This document shows, in pieces, positions 63,816 through 64,000 of a stretch of DNA of 64,000 bases (its first letter is position 1; the number at the start of each line of letters is the position of its first letter). Origin of the DNA: Eledone cirrhosa (lineage: Eukaryota); contig OZ024745.1 of the NCBI GenBank assembly GCA_964016885.1, forward strand, positions 120,590,001 through 120,654,000, given 5' to 3'. A program made the position numbers and the translations under genes. The notes beneath the pieces were generated by a model. The model made no database searches and had not been told where the DNA came from. It saw only the letters and a program-made list of their open reading frames with translations.

Positions 63816-64000
63816 TATGTGTGTGTGGGTGTGTGTAAAGCATACCCATGTGATTCCAGGTTTGATCCTAATGCACAGCTACTTGAGTAAGTGTCAGAAG
63901 GGAATTTGGTAGACCCTTCAAAAGCAAGCATGCATATAAATATCTAAGTGTGTGTGTCTGCACATGTGTACAGGTGTAAAACAATGCATCAAGTGACATC

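Overview
AT-rich, repeat-saturated animal genomic DNA. The SINE, RTE and Penelope repertoire and the (TA)n/(CA)n density suggest an octopus (inference). Almost all ORFs in the track are artefacts of microsatellites or tandem repeats, or are decayed transposon fragments. The only credible host-gene sequence is one 450-nt phase 1/1 exon on the minus strand (41803-42252), so much of the window may be intronic. The rest is tRNA-derived SINEs, RTE and CR1-like LINE fragments, mariner, piggyBac, hAT and pogo-type DNA-element relics, and two ~2 kb satellites (48 and 49 bp units) that grew inside SINE/RTE-derived elements. The most striking unexplained signal is a set of about a dozen type I hammerhead-ribozyme (HHR) motifs, some intact and some decayed, with the layout stem I-CUGANGA-stem II-GAAA-short palindrome-UH-stem I. 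Most sit in small non-coding fold-back elements with the architecture (TA)n-tail-arm-spacer-inverted arm-(TA)n. Five of these unrelated elements share a CTCTRCT-N-GAGTRCT tail motif, and six HHR motifs cluster in a 1.7 kb hotspot (48.8-50.5 kb). One HHR relic lies directly downstream of a Penelope-like GIY-YIG pseudogene, linking the set to Penelope-like retroelements. All folding was done by eye, and coordinates of decayed repeats are approximate.
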